This document shows positions 16,489 through 26,681 of a DNA stretch of 64,000 nt, piece after piece. Position numbers and translations under genes: made by a program. Below the pieces are notes generated by a model, which was not told the origin of the DNA, searched no databases, and saw only the letters and a program-made list of their open reading frames with translations. The stretch spans positions 5,391 through 69,390 of the IMG/VR virus record IMGVR_UViG_2802428849_000003; one strand, written 5' to 3'. Position 1 is the first letter of the stretch. The number at the start of each line of letters is the position of its first letter. This DNA is from a virus. Taxonomy: Duplodnaviria; Caudoviricetes.

Positions 16489-19400
16489 ATGAATGATGAT
16501 AGCATTGTAAAAATAATGCAGTCCCTTGGTATGGATTATAGCCCTGCTATCAACGCAACAAAGGCATTTGAAAGTAGAATATCTGGCCTTAATAAAGAAC
16601 TGGCTCAAATGAAAATGCTGGCCTTACAAGGTGCTAAAGAAATCAATACTACCTTCTCATCTCAATTAGGAAGTATGGGTGGACAGAAAACTATCCTTGA
16701 CCAATATGGAGTACCTTTACAAACTGTACAAACAATCGCTAAAAAATCAGGTAAAAATATTTCTGATGGATTTGTCTCTGCTACAAAAGCTGCTAAAGAA
16801 CATAAACAATCAGTTGAAGATGTGGCAAACCAATACAATATATTTGGTTCAGAATGGCAGAGAAGGTCATCTTGGTTTCTTAGTGGTTCTCTATTCTATG
16901 GTGCAATGAAAACTGCCAAGGAAGCTATATCTACTATATCTGAAGTTGAAATGGGTATGGTTGAAATTTCTAGAGTTATGGAAGATAGCACTTTTGTATT
17001 CAAGGACTACAGAGATGAACTCTTGCAATTAGGTGTTGATTATGGTCAAACATTTGGTGTTGTTCAGGATATTGCTCTAAGATGGGCTCAAGCAGGATAC
17101 GGAGTTAGAGATAGTTTAGAAAATACTAAGACATCCCTACTCGCTTTAAATACTGCTGAATTAGATGCTAAAAATTCTACAGAATCATTAATAGGTATTA
17201 TGGCTCAATGGCAATTAACGTCTGCTGATTTGCCATTGTTATTAGATAAAATTAATAAGACTGCTGATGATTTTACTCTTACATCACAAGATTTAGTTAA
17301 TGGCTTGTTACGTTCCTCTGGTGCTGCTAAGATAATGAATTTATCGATAGATGAAACCATAGGACTGTTAACAGTTATGAGAGAAGCTTCAGGCCGTACT
17401 GGTCAAGAAGTAGGTAATGCTCTTAATTCAATTCTATCTTATATCCAAAGACCAAGCTCCATAAAAACTCTAGAAAATTTAGGTATTGATATGTTCGCTG
17501 ATAAAGCTAAAACTCAGTTTAGGAATGTTATGCATATATTCCAGGATGTTGCTTCTAAGTGGAATACAGCTAGTAACTCCATTAAAGACGGATTTGTTCA
17601 ATCGGCAGATGATGCTGGTCTATTTAGTGAAGAAATGGCTACTGCTTTAGGACTGCAAGAAGAATGGAATGACCTTCAATCAAGAGATATTGCTCAGGCA
17701 TCTGCTGGTGTTTATAGGAGAAACTATTATATTGGTATGATTGAAAGATTGTCACAAGCTCAAGATGTACTTAATGGATTAACTAATGCAGCTGGGTATT
17801 CACAATCTGAAAATGCTCGTACAATGGATACTCTAGAAAAAAAATACCAATCATTGAAAGCTTCTGCCGAGCAATTAGCCATTGCTTTAGGAGATGCAGG
17901 GCTTCTTGATGCACTAAAAGGCATAGCAGATACTGCTATTGATGTTACACAAGGTCTTGCTAACATGGATAAAGAAGGAAGAGCTTTAATTGTCACTGCT
18001 TTAGAGTTATTAGCCACTGTAAAAGCAATTAAATCTGTTGGCGGTATGTTTGGCATAGATGCTACTTTAGGTGCTGCTATAGGTGCATTACCTGGTTGGA
18101 CTAAGTTACTAGCAATAATTCCTGCTGTTGCTGGTACAATAGGTTTATATGCTTACAACTTAAATAGTGCTACTGATATAACTAACGGACTTAAAAGTAA
18201 GCAAGAGGAATTAACAAAATCATTTAATTCACAGAAGGAAGCTGCTGAAGAAACTGAAAAAAGCTTACTTGAACAAGCTAAGACTGCTGAAACTTTGGCT
18301 AATAAACTAGTTGAACTAAATGAAAAAGAAAGCCTTAACATATCTGAGAAAGCACAGTTGAAAGATATTGCTGAGAAATTAAATACATCATTTTCTAACC
18401 TAGGATTAGAAATAGATGCTAATACTGGCAAGGTTATAGGAAATACTCAAGCTATATTTGATAATATTTCAGCCTTGAAGCAACAAGCTATTGCACAAGG
18501 ATATCAAGCTAAAATGCAAGCTACCGCATCTGCATATGTAGATCAAGAGTCTTTGCTAGGGCAGACTAGAAATGAATTGGATATTGCTAGATCTGAATTA
18601 AATTCATTAAAACTTGAAAATAATCAGGCATTACGTGAAATAGAAAAAACCAGAGCAAAGGCAGCTAAAGAAGGATGGAGTTTAGATACTTTAGGAAGAT
18701 CCATAGCTGGAATAAATAAAAAATATGGTGTTACTAATATTGAGCAACAAATCAAAGAACGTCAAAAGCAAATTTATGCACTATCTGGACTAGCAAGCGA
18801 ACAAGAAAAACTCTTAAGAGAATTAGATATCGAACTATCTGATTGGGCTGACAAGGCTATTGAGACTGGTTCTAACATAACTAATGACCCTTATGTTCCA
18901 AAGGTTGGAGAAGCTAAACCTGCCACAACAAAAACTAAAACTAAAGCTTATAAAAACGAAGGTTTAGACAATGCATTAAAAATACTTGATTATAAGAAAT
19001 ACATTAATCAATTAACCATAGAAGATGAAATAGCTATTCTAAATCAAATTAAATCTAAACATGTGAAAACTGCAGATGAACTTATTGATATCAATAAAAG
19101 GATTTATTCTGCTGAAAAATCTTTAATGAGTGAGCGATTGAAAAACTCTATTAACTGGATTAATGAAAAGAAAAATCTTAATGAATTATCTGTTGAGGAA
19201 GAAATCGCAGCTTGGGAAAGAGTTAAAAATAATCAATTCAATAATATTGAAGCTGTAAAGCAAGCTACTTTCAATTTATATAAACTTAGAAATCAAGTGA
19301 TGACTGAATCCTTGTCTAAAGAAGAAAACTCTATTAAACATTTAACTAAACTAGGCATACTAAGCGTTGAAGAACAAATTAAAAAATATAGAGAATTATA

Positions 19401-20547
19401 TGAAGTTAAAGTTACTTCTTTGGCAGAGGAACAATCTAGAATTGAAAATTTATTTGATTTATATAAGAAGTTAATATCTGACCAGCAAAGAACTGTTAAA
19501 AATGCTTATGATGAAAGAATTAGGCAAATAGACGAAGAAGCTAAAAAGAAAAAAGAAATGCATGAAGATGAAATTAAAGCTATAGAAAAAGAATTGGAAC
19601 TTCTAAATCGTCAAGAAGATGATCATGACTACGATAAGAGAATGGCTGATTTAAAGGAACAGTTAGCTTATTGGCAAGTTAGAACATCTGAAGATGCTCG
19701 AAAAAAAGTAGCTGAATTATTAAAGGAAATAGATGAAGAAGAACATAAACGTGAAGTTGAACTCAAAAAGCAAAGTCTTGAGGATAAAAAGAAAGTACTT
19801 CACGATGAAGTCAAATCTATAGATGATACTGCTAAAGCACAAAGAGAAAAATGGGAAAAATCTTATAAGAAAATTGAGATTGCTTTTGATGAACATAGCA
19901 TTGATATGATTGCATTAGCTTCTACTATGTCTAAAGGAATGTTTGAAGAGTTTCAAAAGAATTATCTTATTCCTTTGGAAAGTGCTTTAAAAAATGCTGA
20001 TTATGACTCTATTGGTAATATTTTAGATGGAGTTGATGACTTTGCCAAAGGTGCTTATGATAAAACTTATAATTCAAATAATGCTCAAGTTAATAGGCTT
20101 GCTAGTGATATTTTAGATTTAAAAAGACAGTATGAATATGGTGGCGATAAGAATGCAGCTCAAAGGGCAGTATCAATTTATGATGAACTTACTAGACTTA
20201 ATCCTAGTGTTGCCAATAACCTTCACAGAATGGATTATATGACTGCTCAAAAGTATGTTGGAGGTCTACCTAAAATGCACAAAGGTGGTAAATCTTTATC
20301 ATATGGTGCTGTTGAAATGATGCCCGGGGAATTGACATTCCCTCCTGACCTATCTACTAAACTTGAAAGTTTAATGCAAGTACTTTATGTAAGACCTATA
20401 AGTCAATCTTCTTCTAGTTCACTAACAGACAATAGAAAAGAAATTAAAATTGACAAATTGCTTAATATCGAAAAAAATTATATGGAAGATGATGTTGATA
20501 GTGACATATTGGTAAGACAGTTACAACGTTCAATTGCTTCTATGTAA
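16489..20547 (+). CDS. tail tape measure protein (TP901-like core)
   Basis: 1352 aa helical/coiled-coil, follows chaperones; C-terminal LPKMHKGG motif. Confidence 0.9.
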   Translation: MNDDSIVKIMQSLGMDYSPAINATKAFESRISGLNKELAQMKMLALQGAKEINTTFSSQLGSMGGQKTILDQYGVPLQTVQTIAKKSGKNISDGFVSATKAAKEHKQSVEDVANQYNIFGSEWQRRSSWFLSGSLFYGAMKTAKEAISTISEVEMGMVEISRVMEDSTFVFKDYRDELLQLGVDYGQTFGVVQDIALRWAQAGYGVRDSLENTKTSLLALNTAELDAKNSTESLIGIMAQWQLTSADLPLLLDKINKTADDFTLTSQDLVNGLLRSSGAAKIMNLSIDETIGLLTVMREASGRTGQEVGNALNSILSYIQRPSSIKTLENLGIDMFADKAKTQFRNVMHIFQDVASKWNTASNSIKDGFVQSADDAGLFSEEMATALGLQEEWNDLQSRDIAQASAGVYRRNYYIGMIERLSQAQDVLNGLTNAAGYSQSENARTMDTLEKKYQSLKASAEQLAIALGDAGLLDALKGIADTAIDVTQGLANMDKEGRALIVTALELLATVKAIKSVGGMFGIDATLGAAIGALPGWTKLLAIIPAVAGTIGLYAYNLNSATDITNGLKSKQEELTKSFNSQKEAAEETEKSLLEQAKTAETLANKLVELNEKESLNISEKAQLKDIAEKLNTSFSNLGLEIDANTGKVIGNTQAIFDNISALKQQAIAQGYQAKMQATASAYVDQESLLGQTRNELDIARSELNSLKLENNQALREIEKTRAKAAKEGWSLDTLGRSIAGINKKYGVTNIEQQIKERQKQIYALSGLASEQEKLLRELDIELSDWADKAIETGSNITNDPYVPKVGEAKPATTKTKTKAYKNEGLDNALKILDYKKYINQLTIEDEIAILNQIKSKHVKTADELIDINKRIYSAEKSLMSERLKNSINWINEKKNLNELSVEEEIAAWERVKNNQFNNIEAVKQATFNLYKLRNQVMTESLSKEENSIKHLTKLGILSVEEQIKKYRELYEVKVTSLAEEQSRIENLFDLYKKLISDQQRTVKNAYDERIRQIDEEAKKKKEMHEDEIKAIEKELELLNRQEDDHDYDKRMADLKEQLAYWQVRTSEDARKKVAELLKEIDEEEHKREVELKKQSLEDKKKVLHDEVKSIDDTAKAQREKWEKSYKKIEIAFDEHSIDMIALASTMSKGMFEEFQKNYLIPLESALKNADYDSIGNILDGVDDFAKGAYDKTYNSNNAQVNRLASDILDLKRQYEYGGDKNAAQRAVSIYDELTRLNPSVANNLHRMDYMTAQKYVGGLPKMHKGGKSLSYGAVEMMPGELTFPPDLSTKLESLMQVLYVRPISQSSSSSLTDNRKEIKIDKLLNIEKNYMEDDVDSDILVRQLQRSIASM

Positions 20548-20559
20548 TATTATGGGAGG

Positions 20560-21105
20560 TTGTGTATGAATGAAAATATTATAAACAGAATGTATGAATA
20601 TATAGAAAAAGCTTTTATAGAAGTCAAGCCTATATACGCATTTATAGCAAGCATTATTAGTTATGTAGTTTTCCCTGATAAAGCTTATTTTCTAGCCTTA
20701 ATGGCAGTCTTGGGAGCTTCATTTGCTGATATAGTGACTAAAATATACTCTATAATAAAAAAACATGGTGGATATAAAAAAGCTATACAATCAGGACATT
20801 TATTTTCTAAATCTTTGTGGAAAGGCACAGAAGTAAAAATTGTATCTTACCTTACAATATCTATTCTTACGGGTCTATCCTATAGAGTAATCTACTTGAA
20901 GGAAGCTGGAATATTTCTAGCTTCTTTTGTTTATTCAGTTATGTTTATGAGGGAATTTCAAAGTAATATAGAAAATTTAATGGAAGCTGGTGCAGATGTA
21001 CAGTGGCTTTTATTATTTAGTAAGAAGAAAAACAAGGAGCTTATGAAGCTTTATGAGGAAGAACAAATAAAAAAAGAGGTGAATGATTATGAGCAAAGAA
21101 TATGA
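20560..21105 (+). CDS. holin (holin-4/TcdE-like)
   Basis: Several TM segments; REFQSNIENL..AG motif; adjacent to amidase. Confidence 0.7.
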   Translation: MCMNENIINRMYEYIEKAFIEVKPIYAFIASIISYVVFPDKAYFLALMAVLGASFADIVTKIYSIIKKHGGYKKAIQSGHLFSKSLWKGTEVKIVSYLTISILTGLSYRVIYLKEAGIFLASFVYSVMFMREFQSNIENLMEAGADVQWLLLFSKKKNKELMKLYEEEQIKKEVNDYEQRI

Positions 21106-21874
21106 GATTATAACTGCCCTGGTCTCCCCTAATCCTTATAGTAGACCTCAAAGTAAAATGTTAGGTATTAGGGGGATTGCTATTCATTGGGTTGGTAATG
21201 CAAATTCAAAGGCTATAAATAATAGACATTATTTCAATAACTTACCTGAAACTAATAAAACTTTAAAAGCCCAAGGAAAACCATTAAGGTATGCAAGTTC
21301 ACATGAGATTATAGGACTTGACGGTGAAGTGGTTATTTGCTTACCTAAGGATGAGGTAGCTTTTCATGTAGGGGCAAATTCTTATAAACCTAGAGTAAAA
21401 ACACTACTTGATAATTCCCCTAATAGATATTTATACGGTATAGAAACTTGTCACCCTGACTGGGAAGGAAAGTTTAATGATAAAACTTATAGAACACTTG
21501 TTAATAGGTCAGCGGATTTATTAATTGAGTTTGATTTGAAACCATCTAAAGATACAATTTGGCGACATTTTGATGTAACAGGCAAGGACTGCCCTCACTA
21601 CTATGTGAAAAATCCTAGTGCTTGGGATAAGTTAGTGGCAGATATTACTAAAAGGTATCATGAGAAAATCAACATAAAAACAGATGAGGTGATAAAAGTG
21701 GCTTTAGCTAAATGGCAAGAAGAAATGGGAAAAAAGTCTCTTGAAAATTTAAGCAAAAAGAAAGATGGCAATGGAGATTTGATTGTAAACAAACCTGAAG
21801 ATTGGAAGAAAACTTTAGGTGAAGATGTTCCACAATGGCTATTTTGGTCTATTGTTGACAGGATTACTAATTAG
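21083..21874 (+). CDS. endolysin, N-acetylmuramoyl-L-alanine amidase (Amidase_2)
   Basis: IAIHW, SSHEIIG.DG, AFHVG, RHFDVTGKDCP zinc-amidase motifs. Confidence 0.9.
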   Translation: MIMSKEYEIITALVSPNPYSRPQSKMLGIRGIAIHWVGNANSKAINNRHYFNNLPETNKTLKAQGKPLRYASSHEIIGLDGEVVICLPKDEVAFHVGANSYKPRVKTLLDNSPNRYLYGIETCHPDWEGKFNDKTYRTLVNRSADLLIEFDLKPSKDTIWRHFDVTGKDCPHYYVKNPSAWDKLVADITKRYHEKINIKTDEVIKVALAKWQEEMGKKSLENLSKKKDGNGDLIVNKPEDWKKTLGEDVPQWLFWSIVDRITN

Positions 21875-21886
21875 AAAGGTGGTAAT

Positions 21887-22195
21887 GTGAAAATGAATGG
21901 TGAAGCTTTTGTTAAAATAGGTACTGCTTTAATTGCTCTAATTGGTGCTATTATTACTTATGTAATAGTGCCTTTTTTAAAGTCTAAAACTACTGAAAAA
22001 CAAAGAGATACTGCAAAGTTTTGGGTTCAGATAGCCGTAAATGCAGCAGAACAAATTTATAAAGAAAAAGGTAAAGGAAATCTAAAGAAAGAATATGTAT
22101 TAGAGTTTCTGAACTCCAAGGGTATTAAAATTACTGATGAACAACTAGATGCTTTAATTGAAGCTACTGTTTATGAATTAAATAAAAACAAATAG
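21887..22195 (+). CDS. holin (LL-H-like)
   Basis: N-terminal TM; AVNAAEQIY..G.G..KKEYV and IEATVYE motifs. Confidence 0.8.
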   Translation: MKMNGEAFVKIGTALIALIGAIITYVIVPFLKSKTTEKQRDTAKFWVQIAVNAAEQIYKEKGKGNLKKEYVLEFLNSKGIKITDEQLDALIEATVYELNKNK

Positions 22196-22200
22196 ATTGT

Positions 22201-22228
22201 AAGCCATTCTTAACAGAGTGGCTTTTTT
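22201..22228 (+). terminator. intrinsic terminator
   Basis: AAGCCATTCT-TAAC-AGAGTGGCTT then T-run. Confidence 0.8.
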
Positions 22229-22256
22229 ATTTGACTAATTTAAAGGAGTTGATTAT

Positions 22257-22778
22257 ATGCTAGAAAAAGCAATTGCAATAGATGAAGTATCTATGGGTGC
22301 CAACTTAGGATTTATGGATAAAGCTAATTGGAAACCTAAATGGCAAATAGAAAAGTATGATAAAGATATGAATTTATATGAAACAGAAGAAATTGACGGA
22401 AACTTACTTTTAAATGAAGGTATCACTTCCCTACTCACTCTATTAATTGGTGGCTCTGAAACTTCATTCAATAATGCTAATGCTCATATTGGTGTTGGTG
22501 ATGGTACTACTGCTGCTAATGCATCACAAACTGGTTTAATAGGTGTAAACAAGACATACAAACCTATGGACTCCACTTATCCTAAAGTTGAAGGTCAAAC
22601 TGTTGTCTTTAGGTCTACTTTTGGTCCTGATGATGGCAACCATGCTTGGAGGGAGTTTACAGTTGCAAATGGTCTTTCTGACTCTGCTAAAAACTTAAAT
22701 CGTAAGGTTGAATCTGCATTAAGGACAAAGGCTAATCCTGACACATGGGTTATTCAATTACAAGTAACTATTTCTTAG
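22257..22778 (+). CDS. baseplate/tail-associated structural protein
   Basis: NLLLNEG, IGVGDGTT, WREF, NRKV motifs seen in small baseplate proteins. Confidence 0.5.
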   Translation: MLEKAIAIDEVSMGANLGFMDKANWKPKWQIEKYDKDMNLYETEEIDGNLLLNEGITSLLTLLIGGSETSFNNANAHIGVGDGTTAANASQTGLIGVNKTYKPMDSTYPKVEGQTVVFRSTFGPDDGNHAWREFTVANGLSDSAKNLNRKVESALRTKANPDTWVIQLQVTIS

Positions 22779-22790
22779 GTGGTGATATAA

Positions 22791-23861
22791 ATGGCTAAAA
22801 CTAATTGGCAAGACCCTAAGACATCTGAAATAAGGTCTACTCATATATCTGGACTTCAAGAAGCTATAGGAAAATTAGAAGAAAGTATCGGAATTGAAAC
22901 TACATCTGAAACTAATGTACCATTATCAGAAGTTTTTATCTCTAATGATGATAGGTGCAGAATTTATCAAGCACCAGAAGGAAAAAGAAACTGGTTACTC
23001 TCCCCCACTCCTATTATTAAAAAGAATGGAAAAACAATTTCAACTGGATTTGAAATTGACTATGGTGGTGGAGCCGTCATATTTACTACTCCCCTTTTAG
23101 AAACGGATAATCTAACTGCTGATATTATCTATACTAAAAAAGTTGATGGAAAGCAATTATCTACAGAAGATTTTACTACTGCTGAAAAGAATAAATTGAG
23201 TGGCATTACCACTGGTGCTACTAAAAATGATACAGACGCTAATTTGAAAAATAGGGCAAATCATACTGGAACTCAACTCTCTTCTACTATCTCCGATTTC
23301 GCCACTGCAATTAGAAGTACAGTATTGACAGGATTATCTAATACCACTAATGCTGTAATTACTGCTACTGACACAGTTTTATCTGCTTTGGGCAAGTTGC
23401 AAAAACAAATAACTGACAATTTATTAAGCTTAAATACCCATATTGGAAATAAAAGCAATCCTCATAATGTAAAAAAAGCTGATGTAGAATTGGAAAATGT
23501 AGACAATATTAAGCAAATGCCTATAAGTGGTGGAGTATTAAAAAACTATAGAGAAAAATTAATCACCTTAACAGGATTAACCCCTAATGTAGATTTATCA
23601 ATAGCTAATGTATTTAAACTAACCTTAGAAGGTGCTACTACACTATCCATATCTAACAACACTACAATAGATGTATCTCAATCATTCACGTTAATTATTA
23701 TTCAACCTTCTATAGCACATTCTATAAATTTTCCCGCAAATGTTAAATGGATGAATGAAACAATACCTGATTTATCTACTGCTAGTAAAACTTATTATTT
23801 GCTATTTGATACTATAGACGGCGGAATAACTTGGCATGGTAGGTTTGGAGGTGCATTTTAG
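22791..23861 (+). CDS. tail fibre-like protein
   Basis: LSTEDFT.AEK.KL.GI and NPH.V.K..VGL fibre repeats; beta-sandwich C-terminus. Confidence 0.65.
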   Translation: MAKTNWQDPKTSEIRSTHISGLQEAIGKLEESIGIETTSETNVPLSEVFISNDDRCRIYQAPEGKRNWLLSPTPIIKKNGKTISTGFEIDYGGGAVIFTTPLLETDNLTADIIYTKKVDGKQLSTEDFTTAEKNKLSGITTGATKNDTDANLKNRANHTGTQLSSTISDFATAIRSTVLTGLSNTTNAVITATDTVLSALGKLQKQITDNLLSLNTHIGNKSNPHNVKKADVELENVDNIKQMPISGGVLKNYREKLITLTGLTPNVDLSIANVFKLTLEGATTLSISNNTTIDVSQSFTLIIIQPSIAHSINFPANVKWMNETIPDLSTASKTYYLLFDTIDGGITWHGRFGGAF

Positions 23862-25021
23862 TGTTAGCTGATAGAGTTAGAATGTCTTTTGGAAAATCAA
23901 GAAAACTAATAGATAGAACTACTCCTACGGTAGTTGTTAATAAACCTTATTCAACTAAAGGAAACGGTGGAAGAAAATTAGTAAGATTAGATAACGGATG
24001 GATAATAGCTGGGGTACTAAGCGATAATAAAAAAATTGTTTATTTGTATGTGGATAAATTAAATGGCGATGGTTTTAAGCAACTATGTTTTTTATCTAAT
24101 AATGCTACCTACAATGACATAGCATTAGAGGCTAGAGGTAATATTGTTTATATAATAATTAGTTTAGGCTCAACACACTTAGCGTTTAAAGATATTGATG
24201 CTACACTCGTATCAAACACAAATATGTATACTAATGTAACATTTTTAGACCGAGGGCAGACAACTATGGGCAATTGTTCAATGATATTTGACAAAAAACA
24301 AAAGATCTTACATGTTTGTTGGACTAGCAAAAATGAAAATTATCCAAATTCATTCAACATTAGATATCGTAAAGGTAGAATAAATAACGAGGAAAACAGT
24401 ATAATCTGGAATGATGTAGAGCAAGTGACCGATGACAACTGGGGGAACGTACAAAATATAAATTCTTCTATAGTAGTGTCGTATGGCGTAGAACCCATGA
24501 TAGTAATGGAAAGAGTATCCAGTGCATATCCAGCTATAAGGATGTTATATAGACGAGAAGGCGAATGGATTATAATAAAAAACTTCACTAATAAAAGTAA
24601 TCATCCAAGTATCTTCCCCACAGCGTGTGTAGATAAGGAGGGTACAGTTTACGTGGCTTGGTGTAGATATGATGGAACATATTATAGATTAATCTTTGCT
24701 AAATCTATCAGTGGTTATGGCTCATGGAGTGACCCTGTTAGCATATTCATAGTCAGTGATTATACACAACCAAGCATTGCTGTAAATAGCAAAGGAGAAA
24801 TATTCATACAATTGCATCTTTCTTTAAATTCTTATATGTACAAGTCTATAGACAAAGGAGAAACATGGAAAGGTTCATCTGTAATCCTTAGAGCTGAGTA
24901 TCCATCTTTATTAGACGATAACACACTAGATTTTGAAGAACCTCTAGGGATATATATGACTTTATCAACAAATACCAATTATACAAATTCTGTAGTGTTT
25001 CGAGGAAAATGGTATGAATAG
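23861..25021 (+). CDS. beta-propeller (BNR/Asp-box) putative receptor-binding protein
   Basis: YKSIDKGETW Asp-box, repeated ..W blades; in tail region. Confidence 0.55.
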   Translation: MLADRVRMSFGKSRKLIDRTTPTVVVNKPYSTKGNGGRKLVRLDNGWIIAGVLSDNKKIVYLYVDKLNGDGFKQLCFLSNNATYNDIALEARGNIVYIIISLGSTHLAFKDIDATLVSNTNMYTNVTFLDRGQTTMGNCSMIFDKKQKILHVCWTSKNENYPNSFNIRYRKGRINNEENSIIWNDVEQVTDDNWGNVQNINSSIVVSYGVEPMIVMERVSSAYPAIRMLYRREGEWIIIKNFTNKSNHPSIFPTACVDKEGTVYVAWCRYDGTYYRLIFAKSISGYGSWSDPVSIFIVSDYTQPSIAVNSKGEIFIQLHLSLNSYMYKSIDKGETWKGSSVILRAEYPSLLDDNTLDFEEPLGIYMTLSTNTNYTNSVVFRGKWYE

Positions 25022-25033
25022 TGAGGTGATAAT

Positions 25034-25408
25034 ATGAACATAGTACAGGTAAAAAATAATCAAGTAGTAAAATATACCCTACCTAAAGTTGGAATTTTAA
25101 ATGATGGCTCAACAGTAAGTGGATATGATACTTTAATGTTATCTAATCCAGATTTAGCAAAAGAAGAAGGTTGGATACCCTTAGAAGATATAAAACCTAT
25201 CTATAATGAAGAAACTCAATATTTACTTGATAATGGATATGAAATATTATCCGACAAAGTAATAAAAAAGTATAAGATTGAAAACATTCAAGAACCTGAA
25301 ATCGTAGATGAATATGTAGATGAAGAAAAAATTTCTATGGCTGAGGCTATAATTGATTTAGAAAGCAGATTAGCAGAATTAGAAAAATTACAAGGAGGTA
25401 ATATATAA
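25034..25408 (+). CDS. tail fibre assembly-type protein
   Basis: Follows the fibre genes; EGW.P..D..P motif. Confidence 0.45.
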   Translation: MNIVQVKNNQVVKYTLPKVGILNDGSTVSGYDTLMLSNPDLAKEEGWIPLEDIKPIYNEETQYLLDNGYEILSDKVIKKYKIENIQEPEIVDEYVDEEKISMAEAIIDLESRLAELEKLQGGNI

Positions 25409-25554
25409 TGTTAAAAAGATATTTAGTGGTTTCATATGCAATTTTAGTTAAAGCTGGTAAGTGGAACTTGGAAGAAGTTGAAGGAGAAGAAAAACCGTTA
25501 GTTCCACAAGGGTATCAAATTGCAGTAGCTGAATATTTAGCAGGACAAAATTAA
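25408..25554 (+). CDS. 48-aa XkdX/CD1375-like protein
   Basis: Manually read MLKRYLVVSYAILVKAGKW...VP.GY..AVAEYL; TAATG overlap. Confidence 0.55.
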   Translation: MLKRYLVVSYAILVKAGKWNLEEVEGEEKPLVPQGYQIAVAEYLAGQN

Positions 25555-25604
25555 TGCCTAGAAGGGCTTTTTTTATTGCCCTTCTTTTTTAATGAGGTGA
25601 TAAA

Positions 25605-26669
25605 ATGGCAAATTATAACTCAAGAAAAATATATAATAAAAAAATACCTGATGGTGGGGCAAGTTATAATTCAGGACCTTATGCTATCATTATTTTAGAC
25701 AATGGTGCTGGGATTGATGATATTGAAAGCATCTTTGCTAATGCTTATATTTCTGATACTGGAATTGTCAATGACAACATAGCTTTAGTTGCTAGTGTTG
25801 AAATCACTGATAAGTCCATTTCTTTAAAAGATGATGTTTCTATGTCAATGAATATTGATATCTCTGACTCTGCTAAAGGAAATGATTTATTGTCATCTAT
25901 ATTAGCAAATTTAGATATTTCAGACTTTGGAACTGGATTTGATGAACTAGATGGTATTGTTGGAGCTTTCTTTGTTATTGACTCAAATAGCATACTTCAA
26001 CCTTTAGGTGTATTGGTTACTAGAGATAGTCGCTATGAACTCCTTCCTGCTACTAGAGATTATGTAGAAGAAATACCTGGTAGACATGGTGAAATGGATT
26101 TTGGTACTGAATTTAAATCTAAAATGCTAGAACTTCATGTTGCTACTGATGAAGGTTACGAACCATTAGAAAAAGCTCACCTACAAAGATTATTTGCTAA
26201 GTATCTAGATCCAACTAAAGGTGTAAAGACTTTAATGTTCTCTGATGATATAGAAAAAACTTACATGGTTAAATACTCGGGTAAGATTGATTTAACACAG
26301 CACCCTACTTGGCTTGAATTTGTTATACCTTTTAAAATGACTGACCCTTTCATTGTTGGTTCAGAAAAGACTCTAACTGGCAGTGGCACACTTACCAACA
26401 ATGGTACTTTTGAAACTGGATTGATAATTGAAATCACTGGTTCTTCTACTAACCCATCATTAACTATAGGTGGGAAAATACTATCTTATAATGGAACTAT
26501 CCCTAGTGGACAGAAACTTATAATTGATACTGAAAAAGAAACTGCTAAGATTGGCTCTAGTAATGCTATGGCTAATTATAACAGTGTCTTTCCCCTACTA
26601 TATCCTGGAGAAACTTCTGTAACTGCTCCAAGCAATGTAACGATAAAATGGCGTGATAAATGGATTTAA
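25605..26669 (+). CDS. distal tail protein (Dit) with N-terminal repeat extension
   Basis: EIPGRHG, F.IPF...DPF, NNGT..T..II.ITG, F..L.PG Dit motifs. Confidence 0.75.
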   Translation: MANYNSRKIYNKKIPDGGASYNSGPYAIIILDNGAGIDDIESIFANAYISDTGIVNDNIALVASVEITDKSISLKDDVSMSMNIDISDSAKGNDLLSSILANLDISDFGTGFDELDGIVGAFFVIDSNSILQPLGVLVTRDSRYELLPATRDYVEEIPGRHGEMDFGTEFKSKMLELHVATDEGYEPLEKAHLQRLFAKYLDPTKGVKTLMFSDDIEKTYMVKYSGKIDLTQHPTWLEFVIPFKMTDPFIVGSEKTLTGSGTLTNNGTFETGLIIEITGSSTNPSLTIGGKILSYNGTIPSGQKLIIDTEKETAKIGSSNAMANYNSVFPLLYPGETSVTAPSNVTIKWRDKWI

Positions 26670-26681
26670 AGAGGTGATTTT

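Noticed and set aside
22791-25021. Diversity-generating retroelement targeting the fibre/RBP genes
   Set aside because: No reverse transcriptase and no template/variable repeat pair seen in the window.
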